The notes beneath the pieces were generated by a model that worked only from the letters and a program-made list of their open reading frames with translations, was not told the DNA's origin and did not search any database. From Candidatus Bathyarchaeota archaeon (lineage in GTDB: Archaea > Thermoproteota > Bathyarchaeia > 40CM-2-53-6): a DNA stretch of 64,000 nt. Shown piece by piece: positions 29,641-39,872 of the stretch. The stretch spans positions 1,152,001 to 1,216,000 of the forward strand of contig CAVSBL010000002.1 of the NCBI GenBank assembly GCA_963726255.1, given 5' to 3'. How positions within the stretch are numbered: position 1 is the stretch's first letter; every line of letters begins with the position of its first letter. A program made the position numbers and the translations under genes.

Positions 29641-29797
29641 TTGACATTCTTTGCCTGTCGTAATCGCGATTTCTGGACGCGACATCATGCAATTCTCCAT
29701 GGAATCTCTGAGCCGACTCTGAAAACTCCACCTAACGCCTTCTTGCACATTGAATTAATAGCGCCGCGACTGAAAGAGTTCGGATTGGTAGTTGTAG

Positions 29798-31114
29798 TTG
29801 TTGAGGCGGACGCATTACACAGACGAGATAGAGAGCACGCAGGGCGGGAAGGTTGTTCTAGCTGGCTGGGTCCACGACGTGAAGGACCTAGCGCGGGCCA
29901 GGTTCATTTGGTTAAGGGACAGAGAAGGCGTAGCGCAGGTTACAATAATCAAAGCAAATGCCACCCCTGAAATTCTCAAAGCATCAGAGAGCCTCGGGAA
30001 GGAAGATGTCATCGCAGTAGAAGGTACCCCTGTCAAAGAAAGGATCGCTAAGGTCGGCTCCGAAATCACACCAACCAAGATTGAACTTGTCGTTAAAGCG
30101 CAAGCTGCAGCCCCTCTGGACATGTCGGGTAAGATCGAATCTAACTTGGACATCCGCCTCGATTGGCGTGTTATCGACTTACGGAGGCGGGAAAACCTCG
30201 CCATATTCCAGATACAATCCAAACTCGTTGAGGGAATGGTGCAGTACCTTGGGCAGAAGGGCTACTTACAGGTCTTCACACCCTGCCTGCTTGGCGGAAC
30301 ATCCGAGGGCGGCGCGGAAGTTTTCAAGCTTGACTATTTTGGAAAAGAAGCGTTCCTCCGACAAGACCCACAGCTTCACAGGCAGTTATGCATCGCAGCA
30401 GGTTTCGACAAAATCTACGACCTAGGGCCAAATTGGCGGGCTGAACTCTCGCACACCCCTCGCCACCTTTGCGAACATAGAGGTATGGCGGTTGAGTTCG
30501 GGTTCATGAACGACGAGACCGACATGATGAGGGTTGAAGAGGAAATGGTCGTAGCTGCAATGAGCAAGATTAAGGCCGATTGCACGCGTGAACTTGAACT
30601 ACTACAAATTCAAATGGAAATCCCGAACACTCCCTTTCCGGAAATGAGGTTCCCAGAAGTCTACCGAATCCTTGAGGAGTACGGCAAGAACATACCGTAC
30701 GGAAGCGACCTCGACAAGGAAAGCGAAACCTTGCTCAGCAAGCACGTTCGAGAGAAACACAAAGCCGACGTGTATTTCGTCAATAGGTACCCGTTCAAAG
30801 TCAAACCCTTCTACGTTATGCGCGTCGACGAAGATCCACAATGGTCTCGGGGCGTCGACCTCGTGTTCAGGGATATTGAACAGTCATCGGGCGGCCAACG
30901 GGAACACCGATACGAAAAAATCATGGCTCAGCTACGGGAGAAGAATGTGAACCCTGAAGCAATGAAATGGTTCACTGAACCCTTCAAGTTCGGCGTCCCA
31001 CCCCACGGCGGCTTCTGCCTAGGAATTGAAAGGTTCACGATGGCCCTACTTAACAAGGAAAACGTAAAGGAAACAACCCTCTTCCCGCGAACCCCAGAAC
31101 GACTCCTCCCGTAG
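29798..31114 (+). CDS. aspS: Aspartate--tRNA ligase (archaeal type, probably non-discriminating)
   Basis: OB-fold LAGWVH..LRDREG, motif 2 WRAE..TPRHL.E, SSGGQREH, motif 3 PPHGGF.LGIERF. Confidence 0.9.
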   Translation: MLRRTHYTDEIESTQGGKVVLAGWVHDVKDLARARFIWLRDREGVAQVTIIKANATPEILKASESLGKEDVIAVEGTPVKERIAKVGSEITPTKIELVVKAQAAAPLDMSGKIESNLDIRLDWRVIDLRRRENLAIFQIQSKLVEGMVQYLGQKGYLQVFTPCLLGGTSEGGAEVFKLDYFGKEAFLRQDPQLHRQLCIAAGFDKIYDLGPNWRAELSHTPRHLCEHRGMAVEFGFMNDETDMMRVEEEMVVAAMSKIKADCTRELELLQIQMEIPNTPFPEMRFPEVYRILEEYGKNIPYGSDLDKESETLLSKHVREKHKADVYFVNRYPFKVKPFYVMRVDEDPQWSRGVDLVFRDIEQSSGGQREHRYEKIMAQLREKNVNPEAMKWFTEPFKFGVPPHGGFCLGIERFTMALLNKENVKETTLFPRTPERLLP

Positions 31115-31285
31115 TGAAGGGAGCGGTCGTACTGGCTGGCTTTCGTTTTTCTGACCATAGAACAGTACAGCCTTTTGCTTTGGTCATTTGATGCGGGCTT
31201 CTGGTCATTTGCCTTCGCGCACTTGTCACGACTTCTCGGTCTGGGCGCTATTGCGCTTGAAGGATTTCGTCGCCAGTGATTTGGG

Positions 31286-31573
31286 TTGAATCCCTCAGGG
31301 TCGAGCACGCAGTGGCCTAGGGAACGTACAAGAATTTACTACGACATTCTGCGTTCCATCCTGAGGGAAGAGAGATCGTCAGAGAGTGTGAGAATTGCAC
31401 GAGTCCAGAATCGTCTTAATCTTCCTTCAGACAGGTTCAGGCGACATTTCAGGCAGATGGAAAGGCTCGGGCTTGATTTTCGGGACACTCTTTTGACTAC
31501 GGTGAAGGGGAGAGAGTTTGTGTCCGAGTATAGGAGATTTTCGGAGTTTTTGAGGCGCTTCGGCCTAGTGTAG
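31286..31573 (+). CDS. Small winged-helix DNA-binding protein
   Basis: RERTRIYYDILRSI...NL...TVKGREF. Confidence 0.75.
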   Translation: MNPSGSSTQWPRERTRIYYDILRSILREERSSESVRIARVQNRLNLPSDRFRRHFRQMERLGLDFRDTLLTTVKGREFVSEYRRFSEFLRRFGLV

Positions 31574-31665
31574 GGGAGACAGAGTGCATTACACTTAGCG
31601 TTCGCCGTTTCGTCGCGTAACCTGACAAATGAGTCGGCTGTGCAAAGCATCCTACAAGAGTCGGA

Positions 31666-32214
31666 CTAAATCATTATGGCAGCCGCGATGGCGGTCGTCC
31701 ACAGTCCATCTTTGTTGCCCTCTGCCGATTGGCATATGTTTCTGGTGGTGACCTTCTTGCCTGATATGTTCCATATCTCTTGCTTGATGTCCCACGCGTT
31801 GTCAACATCAAAGGGTACGCCAAGTGTTGACGCGAGCATTGAAGCAGCAAGATCTTCGGCGTAATCACCAGCTTTCTCCTGCGTCTGACCATACGACTCG
31901 TGTTCAGACAGGTAACCGTACACTGTTCTGTCGGAAGGCAGTGCCATCCCTATGGCTACAGCCATCAACCTGTTCGGCTCATTCGTGTCAATCCGGCTCA
32001 TTACGCAGAATAGCATTTGACCGGGCTTCAGAAGTTCCAAGCCCTCGTTCCTAAACAACACGTTGCAGTTGGGAGGTACGATGCTTGACACGTAGACTAG
32101 GTTACACGAAGCTATGCCCGCGTCACGAAGAGCCAATTCGAAACTTGCAAGTCTTTCTTTGTGGGTACCGACACCCTTCGTGAGGAATATCTTCTCCGGT
32201 ATGTTGACGTTCAT
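31666..32214 (-). CDS. pdaD: Pyruvoyl-dependent arginine decarboxylase
   Basis: SFELALRDAGIA.CNLV.VSSI (Ser-Ser cleavage site), YGYLSEH. Confidence 0.92.
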   Translation of the reverse strand: MNVNIPEKIFLTKGVGTHKERLASFELALRDAGIASCNLVYVSSIVPPNCNVLFRNEGLELLKPGQMLFCVMSRIDTNEPNRLMAVAIGMALPSDRTVYGYLSEHESYGQTQEKAGDYAEDLAASMLASTLGVPFDVDNAWDIKQEIWNISGKKVTTRNICQSAEGNKDGLWTTAIAAAIMI

Positions 32215-32391
32215 CTAGGATACGATCAACAATGTTTCCTGGACATTCTTCAAGATTGTCATCGATACCTGGAGAGGAATCATGATCCAACATGCATTTG
32301 TCTTCAGGAAAAAAGACTTTGCGATCCCGACCTTAGTGACAAGAGCAGGGAAGCCTAGGTCTGTGACCACTCCTCTCGGCATCGCTCTTAT

Positions 32392-33084
32392 TCAGCGTCT
32401 TTCCTGCGCACTCGTTTTCCTTGTGAGAGAACTCGCACTGTCCAGCCACACTTCAGCACGCTTTGAAACCGCGTCCTTGAATCCCCAGCCGAACGCGATG
32501 CCGAATGCTGCAGCGAGCCCTATTGCAGCGCCCCATGAGAGGGCGTTAGCAAGAATGTACAGTATGCTCACATCGACCTTCATCGTCGACAGACCCATTA
32601 CTAGAACGACGAAATAGAGGACAAACCGAAGTGCATTCGCAAATACGGGCGCAAACTCAAGTCTTCCCTCTTTCGCAACTTCGCGTAAAGCATCTGCCAC
32701 GAAATCAGTGGCAATGAATCCAACGAGAAGGATGAATACGCCCGCTATGAAGTGGGGTAAGTAGAGCACCACCTGGCTGATGTAGGTGCTCAAGATGGTA
32801 ATGTGAAGAATATCTACTGCTGCCAAGATGGCTATCAAGTAAATGAACCATCTTATGATTAGGTCGAAGAATCCGACTATCGTTATCTTCGAGCGGTCCA
32901 GAGCTTTACCGATGGCCGTTCGCCGGAGCACATCATCCACACCAACCCGGTCTAGAACCTTGGACGCCCCTCTCCCTATCAAACGGCCTCCTGCCCAGCC
33001 AACTAGAAGCACTACAAACGCTCCCAAGATGCCCGGCAGAAGAGTGAGAAACTGAGACCACACACTAGTCAAGCTTTCAATCAT
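32392..33084 (-). CDS. Mechanosensitive-channel-related TM-helix repeat protein
   Basis: Two LP.I.GA..[IV]L.VG repeats; AFGIAFGWG. Confidence 0.8.
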   Translation of the reverse strand: MIESLTSVWSQFLTLLPGILGAFVVLLVGWAGGRLIGRGASKVLDRVGVDDVLRRTAIGKALDRSKITIVGFFDLIIRWFIYLIAILAAVDILHITILSTYISQVVLYLPHFIAGVFILLVGFIATDFVADALREVAKEGRLEFAPVFANALRFVLYFVVLVMGLSTMKVDVSILYILANALSWGAAIGLAAAFGIAFGWGFKDAVSKRAEVWLDSASSLTRKTSAQERR

Positions 33085-33126
33085 GTCTAATCGATAAGTC
33101 TTATCTAATCGAGTATATAAACCTAA
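33077..33126. promoter_or_regulatory. Tandem TTAG-N6-CTAA-like sites over a TATA box
   Basis: CTAA half-sites at 33087, 33105 and 33123 (18-bp period); TTTATATA on the minus strand. Confidence 0.5.
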
Positions 33127-33207
33127 GGCGTTGGTAATTGCTCTGGTACAGCAACAAACTCTAGAAGCCCACAGTAGAGCTTATCGGCTTCATGTCTGGC
33201 CTTTCGA

Positions 33208-34068
33208 TTGTTCGGGGAGGCTTTGTCGTTGAATTATGTCTTCCGATCATTAGGACCGATACAATCTGAGGTTTCAAAAGCTAGCCGTATCTATGTTTTC
33301 GTCGATTATGATGGGACCCTCACCCCAATAGTCGATAATCCGGAAAATGCGTTGCTGCAGGAGAAATTCCGTCGGCTGCTGAGAGTCCTTGCGTCTAGAC
33401 ACGATTGCATTTTGTCGATCGTATCCGGAAGACGACTAGACGCGCTCAAGAAAATGGTCAAACTCCAAGGAATCTATTATGTGGGAAATCATGGCTTCGA
33501 AATTGAAGGGCCAGGAATGAATTTTGTTCATCCCAAGGCAAGAGAGTTCTCACGTGAGCTGAAGCTAACATCCAACAAGATTCGCGCCCAACTTGAGGGA
33601 ATCGGCAGCGTATTGGAAGACAAAGGCTTGACATTTAGCGTGCATTATCGAAATACACCGCCGAGTGATGTCAACCGATTACTGCGCACTGTTAGAGGCG
33701 TAGCTGGTGCGCGGGGAAAACTGAAAGTGGTTTATGACAAGAAGGCGGTTGAAATCTGGCCGCGTATCAATTGGGACAAAGGCATGGCTGTCCGACTAAT
33801 CATGAGAACATTAGGTCGAGGCCTTCCAATCTACGTCGGAGACGATCGTACTGATGAGAACGCTTTTGTCCGAATTAAGTCTGGGATCACGATTCTTGTT
33901 TCTCGTTGCAGAAAACGTTCGCATGCGAAATACTACCTGAAGAACGTTGCCGATGTCTACAAATTCCTGAGGCTGCTACTAGTGGCAGTGGATGCAAGGA
34001 ATTCGCGTCATTCTCCCCTGCCTAATGCTCTGTCTAGGTTTACGGCCGCTGAAATGAGCGCCAGATGA
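33208..34068 (+). CDS. otsB: Trehalose-6-phosphate phosphatase
   Basis: DYDGTLTPI, VSGR, GNHGFE, VHYR, WDKG, GDDRTDENAF. Confidence 0.92.
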   Translation: MFGEALSLNYVFRSLGPIQSEVSKASRIYVFVDYDGTLTPIVDNPENALLQEKFRRLLRVLASRHDCILSIVSGRRLDALKKMVKLQGIYYVGNHGFEIEGPGMNFVHPKAREFSRELKLTSNKIRAQLEGIGSVLEDKGLTFSVHYRNTPPSDVNRLLRTVRGVAGARGKLKVVYDKKAVEIWPRINWDKGMAVRLIMRTLGRGLPIYVGDDRTDENAFVRIKSGITILVSRCRKRSHAKYYLKNVADVYKFLRLLLVAVDARNSRHSPLPNALSRFTAAEMSAR

Positions 34069-35822
34069 GTGAAGGCTTGCGGGAAATTGCCCAAGGCATT
34101 GCCCCTTGGGCCTATCTCTTCTGAGTATAGGCCCAGGTGATTCGCGTAGCCCATCATCTTCTCGAAAACTATCCTAGCCTCTTCGAGGCGTCCGCACCGC
34201 GTAAGAGCTTCCACAAACCAAAACGTGCATAGGCTGAACGTGCCCTCCTCTCCGAACAGACCATCATCGCTGCGCTTCACGCTATACCTTCGCACAAGGT
34301 GATCCGACGTCAAATCTCGCCGGATCGCTTCCAATGTCTTGAGCATGCGTGGGTCGGTCGGCGACACAAAGAAGACAAGTGGCATCAGCAAAGCGCTGGC
34401 ATCGAGCGCTTTGCTTCCGTACGACTGTACGAATGACTGGAGCTCCTCGTCCCATCCTTTGTTCATAATCTCCTCATAGATTGCGTCCCTGGTTCTCCTC
34501 CATACATCAATATCTGAGGGGAAACCACGTTTCTCTGCGAGGCGAATTCCCCGGTCTAGTGCCACCCAACACATCATCTTGGAGTATACGAATTGCCGTG
34601 GCTTGCTGCGCATCTCCCATATTCCACTATCAGCTTCTTTCCAGTTTTGGCACAGCCAGTTGAGTATCGTCCGGAGGTCGCTCCATAGATCGTAGGAAAT
34701 CGGCGATGCATACTTATTGAATAAATAGATTGCATCCATCAGCGCACCGTAAATGTCGAGTTGCATTTGATTGCCCGCCGCGTTTCCGACTCGAACAGGT
34801 CTTGACATTTTGTAACCCTCAAGATGATCCAGGACTTCTTCTTGCCCTACAGGGTCGCCGTTGACGCGATAAACAGGTCGCAGGTATCCGCTCTTACCAT
34901 TGTCCGAAATCCTGGCCATGAGCCAGGTCATGAACGCGTTGGCCTCTTCTTTGAAACCGATTCGTAGGAGGGCGTATACAGTGAAAGCTGCGTCACGGAT
35001 CCAAGAATAGCGGTAGTCCCAATTGCGTTCGCCTCTAACTACTTCGGGAAGGCTTGTTGTTGGTGCCGCTATTATGGCGCCCGTAGGTTGAAACGTCAAT
35101 AACTTGAGAACTAGCGCAGAACGATTCACCATTCTGCCCCACCTTCCGCGATACTGAGATTTGGCGAGCCAGTGACGCCAAAAGTTGACGGTAGTCCTAA
35201 GAACTCGCTCCGCCTCGGGTTCATCCATTGCACGTAGAACGGAATCCGCTCCACGTCGTTCATCCGCCTGCAAACACAGTGTCGTCGTTCTACCTTCCTT
35301 GAGGGTGAAGGTACAATCCACTCCTCCGTTCTCCGCTTTCAGGGGAACCTTGCTTGCTAGTGCTAACGAAGTGACAGCGCTGCGGAACACTGCTCCATCT
35401 TCTAGGAGATTGACAGTGTGCGCGGCTCGTCCGTAGTCGAAAGCAGGTTGACATCGTAGCTCAAACGTGACTCTGCCGCGAACAGCCGTGACTCTTCGGA
35501 TTATCTGGTAGTTTCTTTCCCTATCGCTCCCGGAACCAACAGGCATGAAATCGGTAATCTCGCCGACACCTTCACGATTTAGGAAACGCGTGATGAGAAC
35601 ATTAGTATTTGGAAAGTACAATTGCTTGGACGTTGCATCAGAACTTGCACGAATTCGGAAGTAGCCGCCTCTCTCCGAATCCAGAATGGCGCCGAATACA
35701 CTCGGTGAGTCAAAGTGTGGGTAGCAATACCAATCAATAGAACCATCTATACCCACTAGTGCCGCGGTGCGCATGTCTCCAATGATTCCGAAGTCTTGGA
35801 GATTCTTCTGGAGGCTTGCCAT
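34008..35822 (-). CDS. GH15 glycoside hydrolase (trehalase/glucoamylase-like)
   Basis: AAPTTSLPE, RNWDYRYSWIRDA, GIWE, GNFPQAFTH. Confidence 0.94.
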   Translation of the reverse strand: MASLQKNLQDFGIIGDMRTAALVGIDGSIDWYCYPHFDSPSVFGAILDSERGGYFRIRASSDATSKQLYFPNTNVLITRFLNREGVGEITDFMPVGSGSDRERNYQIIRRVTAVRGRVTFELRCQPAFDYGRAAHTVNLLEDGAVFRSAVTSLALASKVPLKAENGGVDCTFTLKEGRTTTLCLQADERRGADSVLRAMDEPEAERVLRTTVNFWRHWLAKSQYRGRWGRMVNRSALVLKLLTFQPTGAIIAAPTTSLPEVVRGERNWDYRYSWIRDAAFTVYALLRIGFKEEANAFMTWLMARISDNGKSGYLRPVYRVNGDPVGQEEVLDHLEGYKMSRPVRVGNAAGNQMQLDIYGALMDAIYLFNKYASPISYDLWSDLRTILNWLCQNWKEADSGIWEMRSKPRQFVYSKMMCWVALDRGIRLAEKRGFPSDIDVWRRTRDAIYEEIMNKGWDEELQSFVQSYGSKALDASALLMPLVFFVSPTDPRMLKTLEAIRRDLTSDHLVRRYSVKRSDDGLFGEEGTFSLCTFWFVEALTRCGRLEEARIVFEKMMGYANHLGLYSEEIGPRGNALGNFPQAFTHLALISAAVNLDRALGRGE

Positions 35823-35879
35823 GCTATATCGCCGACGCTACCTTACCCGTTGAAGTTCATGTGCGTCATGAAGCCACCT

Positions 35880-36650
35880 TTAGGAGTTGTGGGCTTGATG
35901 AACACTTTTCTTGAGTTGATCTTGAACTTCTACGACCCTCTTGGTTACGACTGAGACAATGGCGTCCTTCGTCTCGGGCTCTTTGACCATGAGAGTTAAT
36001 GTCAGCTCGGTTGTTTTATCTCCACGGTTTTTGACTGTCAAAATGGGTGGGAAACGTTCATCAAGGTGGTGCTTGAGCTTATTGCAGCTTCTCAGAATCT
36101 CGCTCTCAAAATTGGGGAGGGGGATATCGTTAGTTATCATTAGAGGGATTGTGACCTCCTTCCATGCCTTGGGGGTGCTGTTAACGACTACCTCTCTCAG
36201 AAACAGTGAATTTGGAACAGAGATCAAGTCTTCCTTGTCGTTGATCAGGACGGTACTGATCGGATTTATCTCAATTACTTTCCCTGAATATCCGTGGATA
36301 ACGATCGAATCTCCGACCTTAAACGGGATGTAAAAGTCGGCGAAATACTTCGACGCAATGTTTTCCAGAGTTTCTCTATTTGCTATGGCGAGCGCAACTG
36401 CGATTATGCCTATGAGGAGAAGGAGTATCTCTATGCGTAAGCCGATTTGTTCCAATGCGAGGAGTATTCCGATAATCCAAACGAAGGTAAGCGTCAGACG
36501 TCTTATGTGCGCTGAAACTAGCGGAGGCCCAGATCTGAGTATCCTCGCCAAAAAGCGGCCTACGAAATGTGCTACTAGCCAGGTTACTACTATGATCGCT
36601 GCGAAAGAGACTGCTGCAGTGAGAATGGGTGTTATGTTAATGGTTGACAT
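35880..36650 (-). CDS. MscS-family mechanosensitive channel
   Basis: Three TM helices, then PFKVGDSI...GKV..I...VPNS. Confidence 0.88.
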   Translation of the reverse strand: MSTINITPILTAAVSFAAIIVVTWLVAHFVGRFLARILRSGPPLVSAHIRRLTLTFVWIIGILLALEQIGLRIEILLLLIGIIAVALAIANRETLENIASKYFADFYIPFKVGDSIVIHGYSGKVIEINPISTVLINDKEDLISVPNSLFLREVVVNSTPKAWKEVTIPLMITNDIPLPNFESEILRSCNKLKHHLDERFPPILTVKNRGDKTTELTLTLMVKEPETKDAIVSVVTKRVVEVQDQLKKSVHQAHNS

Positions 36651-36665
36651 GGGGCGCCTCTAGGG

Positions 36666-38036
36666 TTAAACCAACTTTCGCATGATTTCCCCTTCGGCTT
36701 GGACGCCGTCTTCTATTAGGCACTTCCTAGATGTCAGATAGCCGTTCTCTCCGATTTTGCGGGCAAGTCTGGTATCGGTCAGAACAGTCGATATCTTGTC
36801 AGCCAAGGCGGCTGGGTCTTCAGGATTAACTAGTAGCGCGTTTCGGCCATCGACCACGAGTTCTGCTATGCCAGCTTTGCTGGATACTACTGTTGGTTTC
36901 CTGTACAACCAGCTTTCGACCACAACTAGTCCAAAGCCCTCCTTCCGTGAGGGAAGAATGGTCATGTCGCAGCTTTCATACGCGGCGTTGAGTAGTCTCT
37001 GTGGAAGATATCCCGCGAAGACTACGTTATCTTCAACCCGAAGTGACTTAGCGAGACTCCTGAGCTCCGCTAGCCACCTGTCTGATTTGTAGAGGCCCAA
37101 TCCCTGTTTAGAGCTTGAGAAGCTTCCGTTGCCTATCATAACAATTTTCACGTTTGGTACTTCAGCCAATACTTGCGGCATTGCCCTCAAGGCTGTATCA
37201 TGGCCTTTCATTGGATCAAGCCTAGCTACTAGCAGTACGGTCTTTTCATCGCCACGCAAATTCAATCGGGTCTTCAACTCCGCCAGATCGTCCCGTGTAG
37301 GGCTGTCGTAGACGCTCTGATCCACGTAGGGGTAAACATAGAACGACTCCCCCGTATAGCCGAAGGATTTGAGCGCGTCCAAATACTTCCTACAGCTGAC
37401 TACCACCGCGTCGTAACTGTTAAAATACGTTGAAAGAAAACCACTCCAATCAGAAGGTATCATGGACTCGTCAAAGGGGATGTGCCACCTCAACACTTTT
37501 GGTTTCAACGTTTGCAGCATACGACCTACCGGTAACTGTTGAAAATCGTGGATGTAGAATAGGTCGAAGTCTTCCTGAGAATCAAGGGCCCTTATCAACT
37601 CAGCTGAAACTCGGTTGTAGTACGTGTAATCCACGAAGTCGTCCGCCCAGAGCAGTTCGGTCTGCGACGATTGCGTCAACCCATGAAACACGCGCCAAAT
37701 GATTTCCTTCGCAAGTCCGTACCCGGCTCGTCGCTCCCGCTTGAGAGTGACATGATGAATTGTGATTCCATTTATTCTTACTCTCGCCGGAGCCTCAGGA
37801 TTCAAACAGACCCAATGAGCATCACTCGCAGCTCCCATTTTCGTCATGTGAGTCAGCAGCGGAAGTATCATTCTTGTCACACCGCCAGGAGTGAATTCGA
37901 AATCTGTCCCTTCTTCCAATGAATGTACATCGAGCGTCTTCGTTGAGACATTGTTTCGCGGCGGTTTTTCTTTGACGGCTTTGAATTTCAGTAGAGGCGT
38001 TTGAGTATTGACACATATTTTCATTCGGGAAACCAT
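36666..38036 (-). CDS. GT4 glycosyltransferase (TreT-like/trehalose synthesis candidate)
   Basis: GGV, HDFQ, WHIP, VARLDPMKG, EGFGLVVVES. Confidence 0.85.
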   Translation of the reverse strand: MVSRMKICVNTQTPLLKFKAVKEKPPRNNVSTKTLDVHSLEEGTDFEFTPGGVTRMILPLLTHMTKMGAASDAHWVCLNPEAPARVRINGITIHHVTLKRERRAGYGLAKEIIWRVFHGLTQSSQTELLWADDFVDYTYYNRVSAELIRALDSQEDFDLFYIHDFQQLPVGRMLQTLKPKVLRWHIPFDESMIPSDWSGFLSTYFNSYDAVVVSCRKYLDALKSFGYTGESFYVYPYVDQSVYDSPTRDDLAELKTRLNLRGDEKTVLLVARLDPMKGHDTALRAMPQVLAEVPNVKIVMIGNGSFSSSKQGLGLYKSDRWLAELRSLAKSLRVEDNVVFAGYLPQRLLNAAYESCDMTILPSRKEGFGLVVVESWLYRKPTVVSSKAGIAELVVDGRNALLVNPEDPAALADKISTVLTDTRLARKIGENGYLTSRKCLIEDGVQAEGEIMRKLV

Positions 38037-38115
38037 CTGATGATGCTCTATCCGTGCAGGAAATTATTCATAAGCACGACTTAATAATCGCCATCACTTA
38101 CAGCATGCGCTCGTA

Positions 38116-39060
38116 TCACATCTTACCGCCCAGCACGAGCGAGGCGATGACCGCGATAGTGATAATGACGACCGTCTGAATCAATGTCACCTTCCAGTGC
38201 GCCCTTGTTCTCATTGAACGGTAACGAGCGAGAAGTACGCCGGCTGCGCCGACCACGCAAAGGGACGTGATCACATTGAGTGGCTGAGGCATTGTCAAAT
38301 ACGCAAGTATTGGGATTCCTCCTGCTATGAGCGTGGCTGTGCCGGAAAGGAGTGCTGCGCGAAGATTCGTTCTGCTTATCTCGCGGCGAAGCACCTTGAA
38401 AAGCTGTGCAACTAGTCCTAGGGATTTGTCACGCTCCTTCTTGTCGGGAATATCGCTTAGGCTGTAGTTCATTAGGTTTTGGAGAGAGAGCATATCCGCC
38501 AGGTCTTCAGTTATTCCACCCAACAAGAAGCTGGAGAAGTTGGTTATTGCGACGGAAGCCAATGTAAGGAGCCCTGCGAATGCTGCTCTGCTGAGAGTCA
38601 GACCAGCTAGGATAGTTGAAAGTATGATGATCAGAGCTGTGACGGAGCCATCGGTCAAACCTGCAACAATCTCGAGGATGGGCTCTTGCTTTAACAGTAA
38701 GCTTCTCCATTCTCGACTTAGTGCGGAACCTCTTTGGGTAAGTTGAACCGTTCCATCGCCGCGCATTTGAATCAGCCCTTCAGACGTCATCTCATGTAGG
38801 CTTTCTTCTAGATCCCCCAGTTCTACACGCGTGCTGCTGGCCAACATTCTGTCAACCCGTTGTTTGAGCGAAACCGTTTGAAGCGGCCTATCTTCCCTCA
38901 AGCTCAAGAGAGCAATCACTCGCACGACATCGGGAAGGTCCTGTATCTCTAGAGACAATCGGTGCACTTCACGTCTGGTTGTCGCACTAGATACCGATCT
39001 CGAAGTCTCGATTCTAGATTCTTGGACGCCATCATATGAGTGGCTTGAGATGACATTCAA
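38116..39060 (-). CDS. Winged-helix + VIT1/CCC1-like membrane domain protein
   Basis: N-terminal EGLI...LTQRG wHTH, then GLTDG and ~5 TM helices; AAGGTGA SD before TTG. Confidence 0.7.
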   Translation of the reverse strand: MNVISSHSYDGVQESRIETSRSVSSATTRREVHRLSLEIQDLPDVVRVIALLSLREDRPLQTVSLKQRVDRMLASSTRVELGDLEESLHEMTSEGLIQMRGDGTVQLTQRGSALSREWRSLLLKQEPILEIVAGLTDGSVTALIIILSTILAGLTLSRAAFAGLLTLASVAITNFSSFLLGGITEDLADMLSLQNLMNYSLSDIPDKKERDKSLGLVAQLFKVLRREISRTNLRAALLSGTATLIAGGIPILAYLTMPQPLNVITSLCVVGAAGVLLARYRSMRTRAHWKVTLIQTVVIITIAVIASLVLGGKM

Positions 39061-39091
39061 ATCACCTTCTAGCTACGACCTTGAATATGCA

Positions 39092-39123
39092 GAAGATGTA
39101 TCTTAACGTTTAGCTATCCCTAA
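39092..39123. promoter_or_regulatory. TTAG-N6-CTAA site with a weaker upstream copy
   Basis: TTAGctatccCTAA at 39110-39123; GAAGatgtatCTTA 18 bp upstream. Confidence 0.5.
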
Positions 39124-39263
39124 GGAGCTTGCTGCCGCTCCTTCCCTGCCGCACTCGCCCCCAAACGAGTAGTTAACAGAAACCACGCGTTCACGCTATC
39201 TTAGAGGGTGAGACATACCTTATCGATGCGCATTAGCTAACCATTTAAGCTGTTTGGAATACG

Positions 39264-39863
39264 TTGTTGTGCAAGCTGGTGCACATGAAAGCGGTCGAGA
39301 TTATTGTAGATCTCGAGAGGGCGAGAGTGTTGGTTGACCCAATGCGCAGGGAGATAGTGAGGTTGCTGAGCAATGGGGGCAAGACGGAGAACGAACTTGC
39401 AGAGATTCTGGGTTTATCGGATCCTTCGGTGGGGCATCATCTCAAGATTTTGCGAGATTCAGGGTTGATAAGATTAGCGAGGCAGGAAGTTGGGAAACAT
39501 GGGATAGTCGAAAAGTTCTACGAATCGAACGCTCGCATATACTTTATCGATAGCAAAAAGATGCCATTGGAGATTGAAAGATACTTCATGCCGATTAGCT
39601 TGGAGCGAGCTCGAGGTATCATCGCAGCAGCCGAAGTGATGCTCGATAAATCTCAAGAGTTCTCCGCCCCGGAAGTTGAAGAGTTTGCTAGAGCCCTAGC
39701 TTCAGCATTGGTACAAGTGGCTCCCAGGTTCAGCAGACCTTGGAACGGTGAGAGAGAGGAGTTAGTTGGCAGAGTATACAAGGAAGCTCTGGCACAGGTA
39801 CTGCGCAAACCAGCAGCTCTCCCTCAGAAGGTGAGGTCCGTCCTGCTCGCAACGCACAAATAG
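39264..39863 (+). CDS. ArsR-family transcriptional regulator
   Basis: LVDPMRREIVRLL...ELAEILGLS..SVGHHLKILRDSGLI; start probably 39285. Confidence 0.9.
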   Translation: MLCKLVHMKAVEIIVDLERARVLVDPMRREIVRLLSNGGKTENELAEILGLSDPSVGHHLKILRDSGLIRLARQEVGKHGIVEKFYESNARIYFIDSKKMPLEIERYFMPISLERARGIIAAAEVMLDKSQEFSAPEVEEFARALASALVQVAPRFSRPWNGEREELVGRVYKEALAQVLRKPAALPQKVRSVLLATHK

Positions 39864-39872
39864 GGTTCGACA

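Noticed and set aside
29488-29748. 86-aa minus-strand ORF over the structured element
   Set aside because: No recognisable motifs; base-pairing explains the region better
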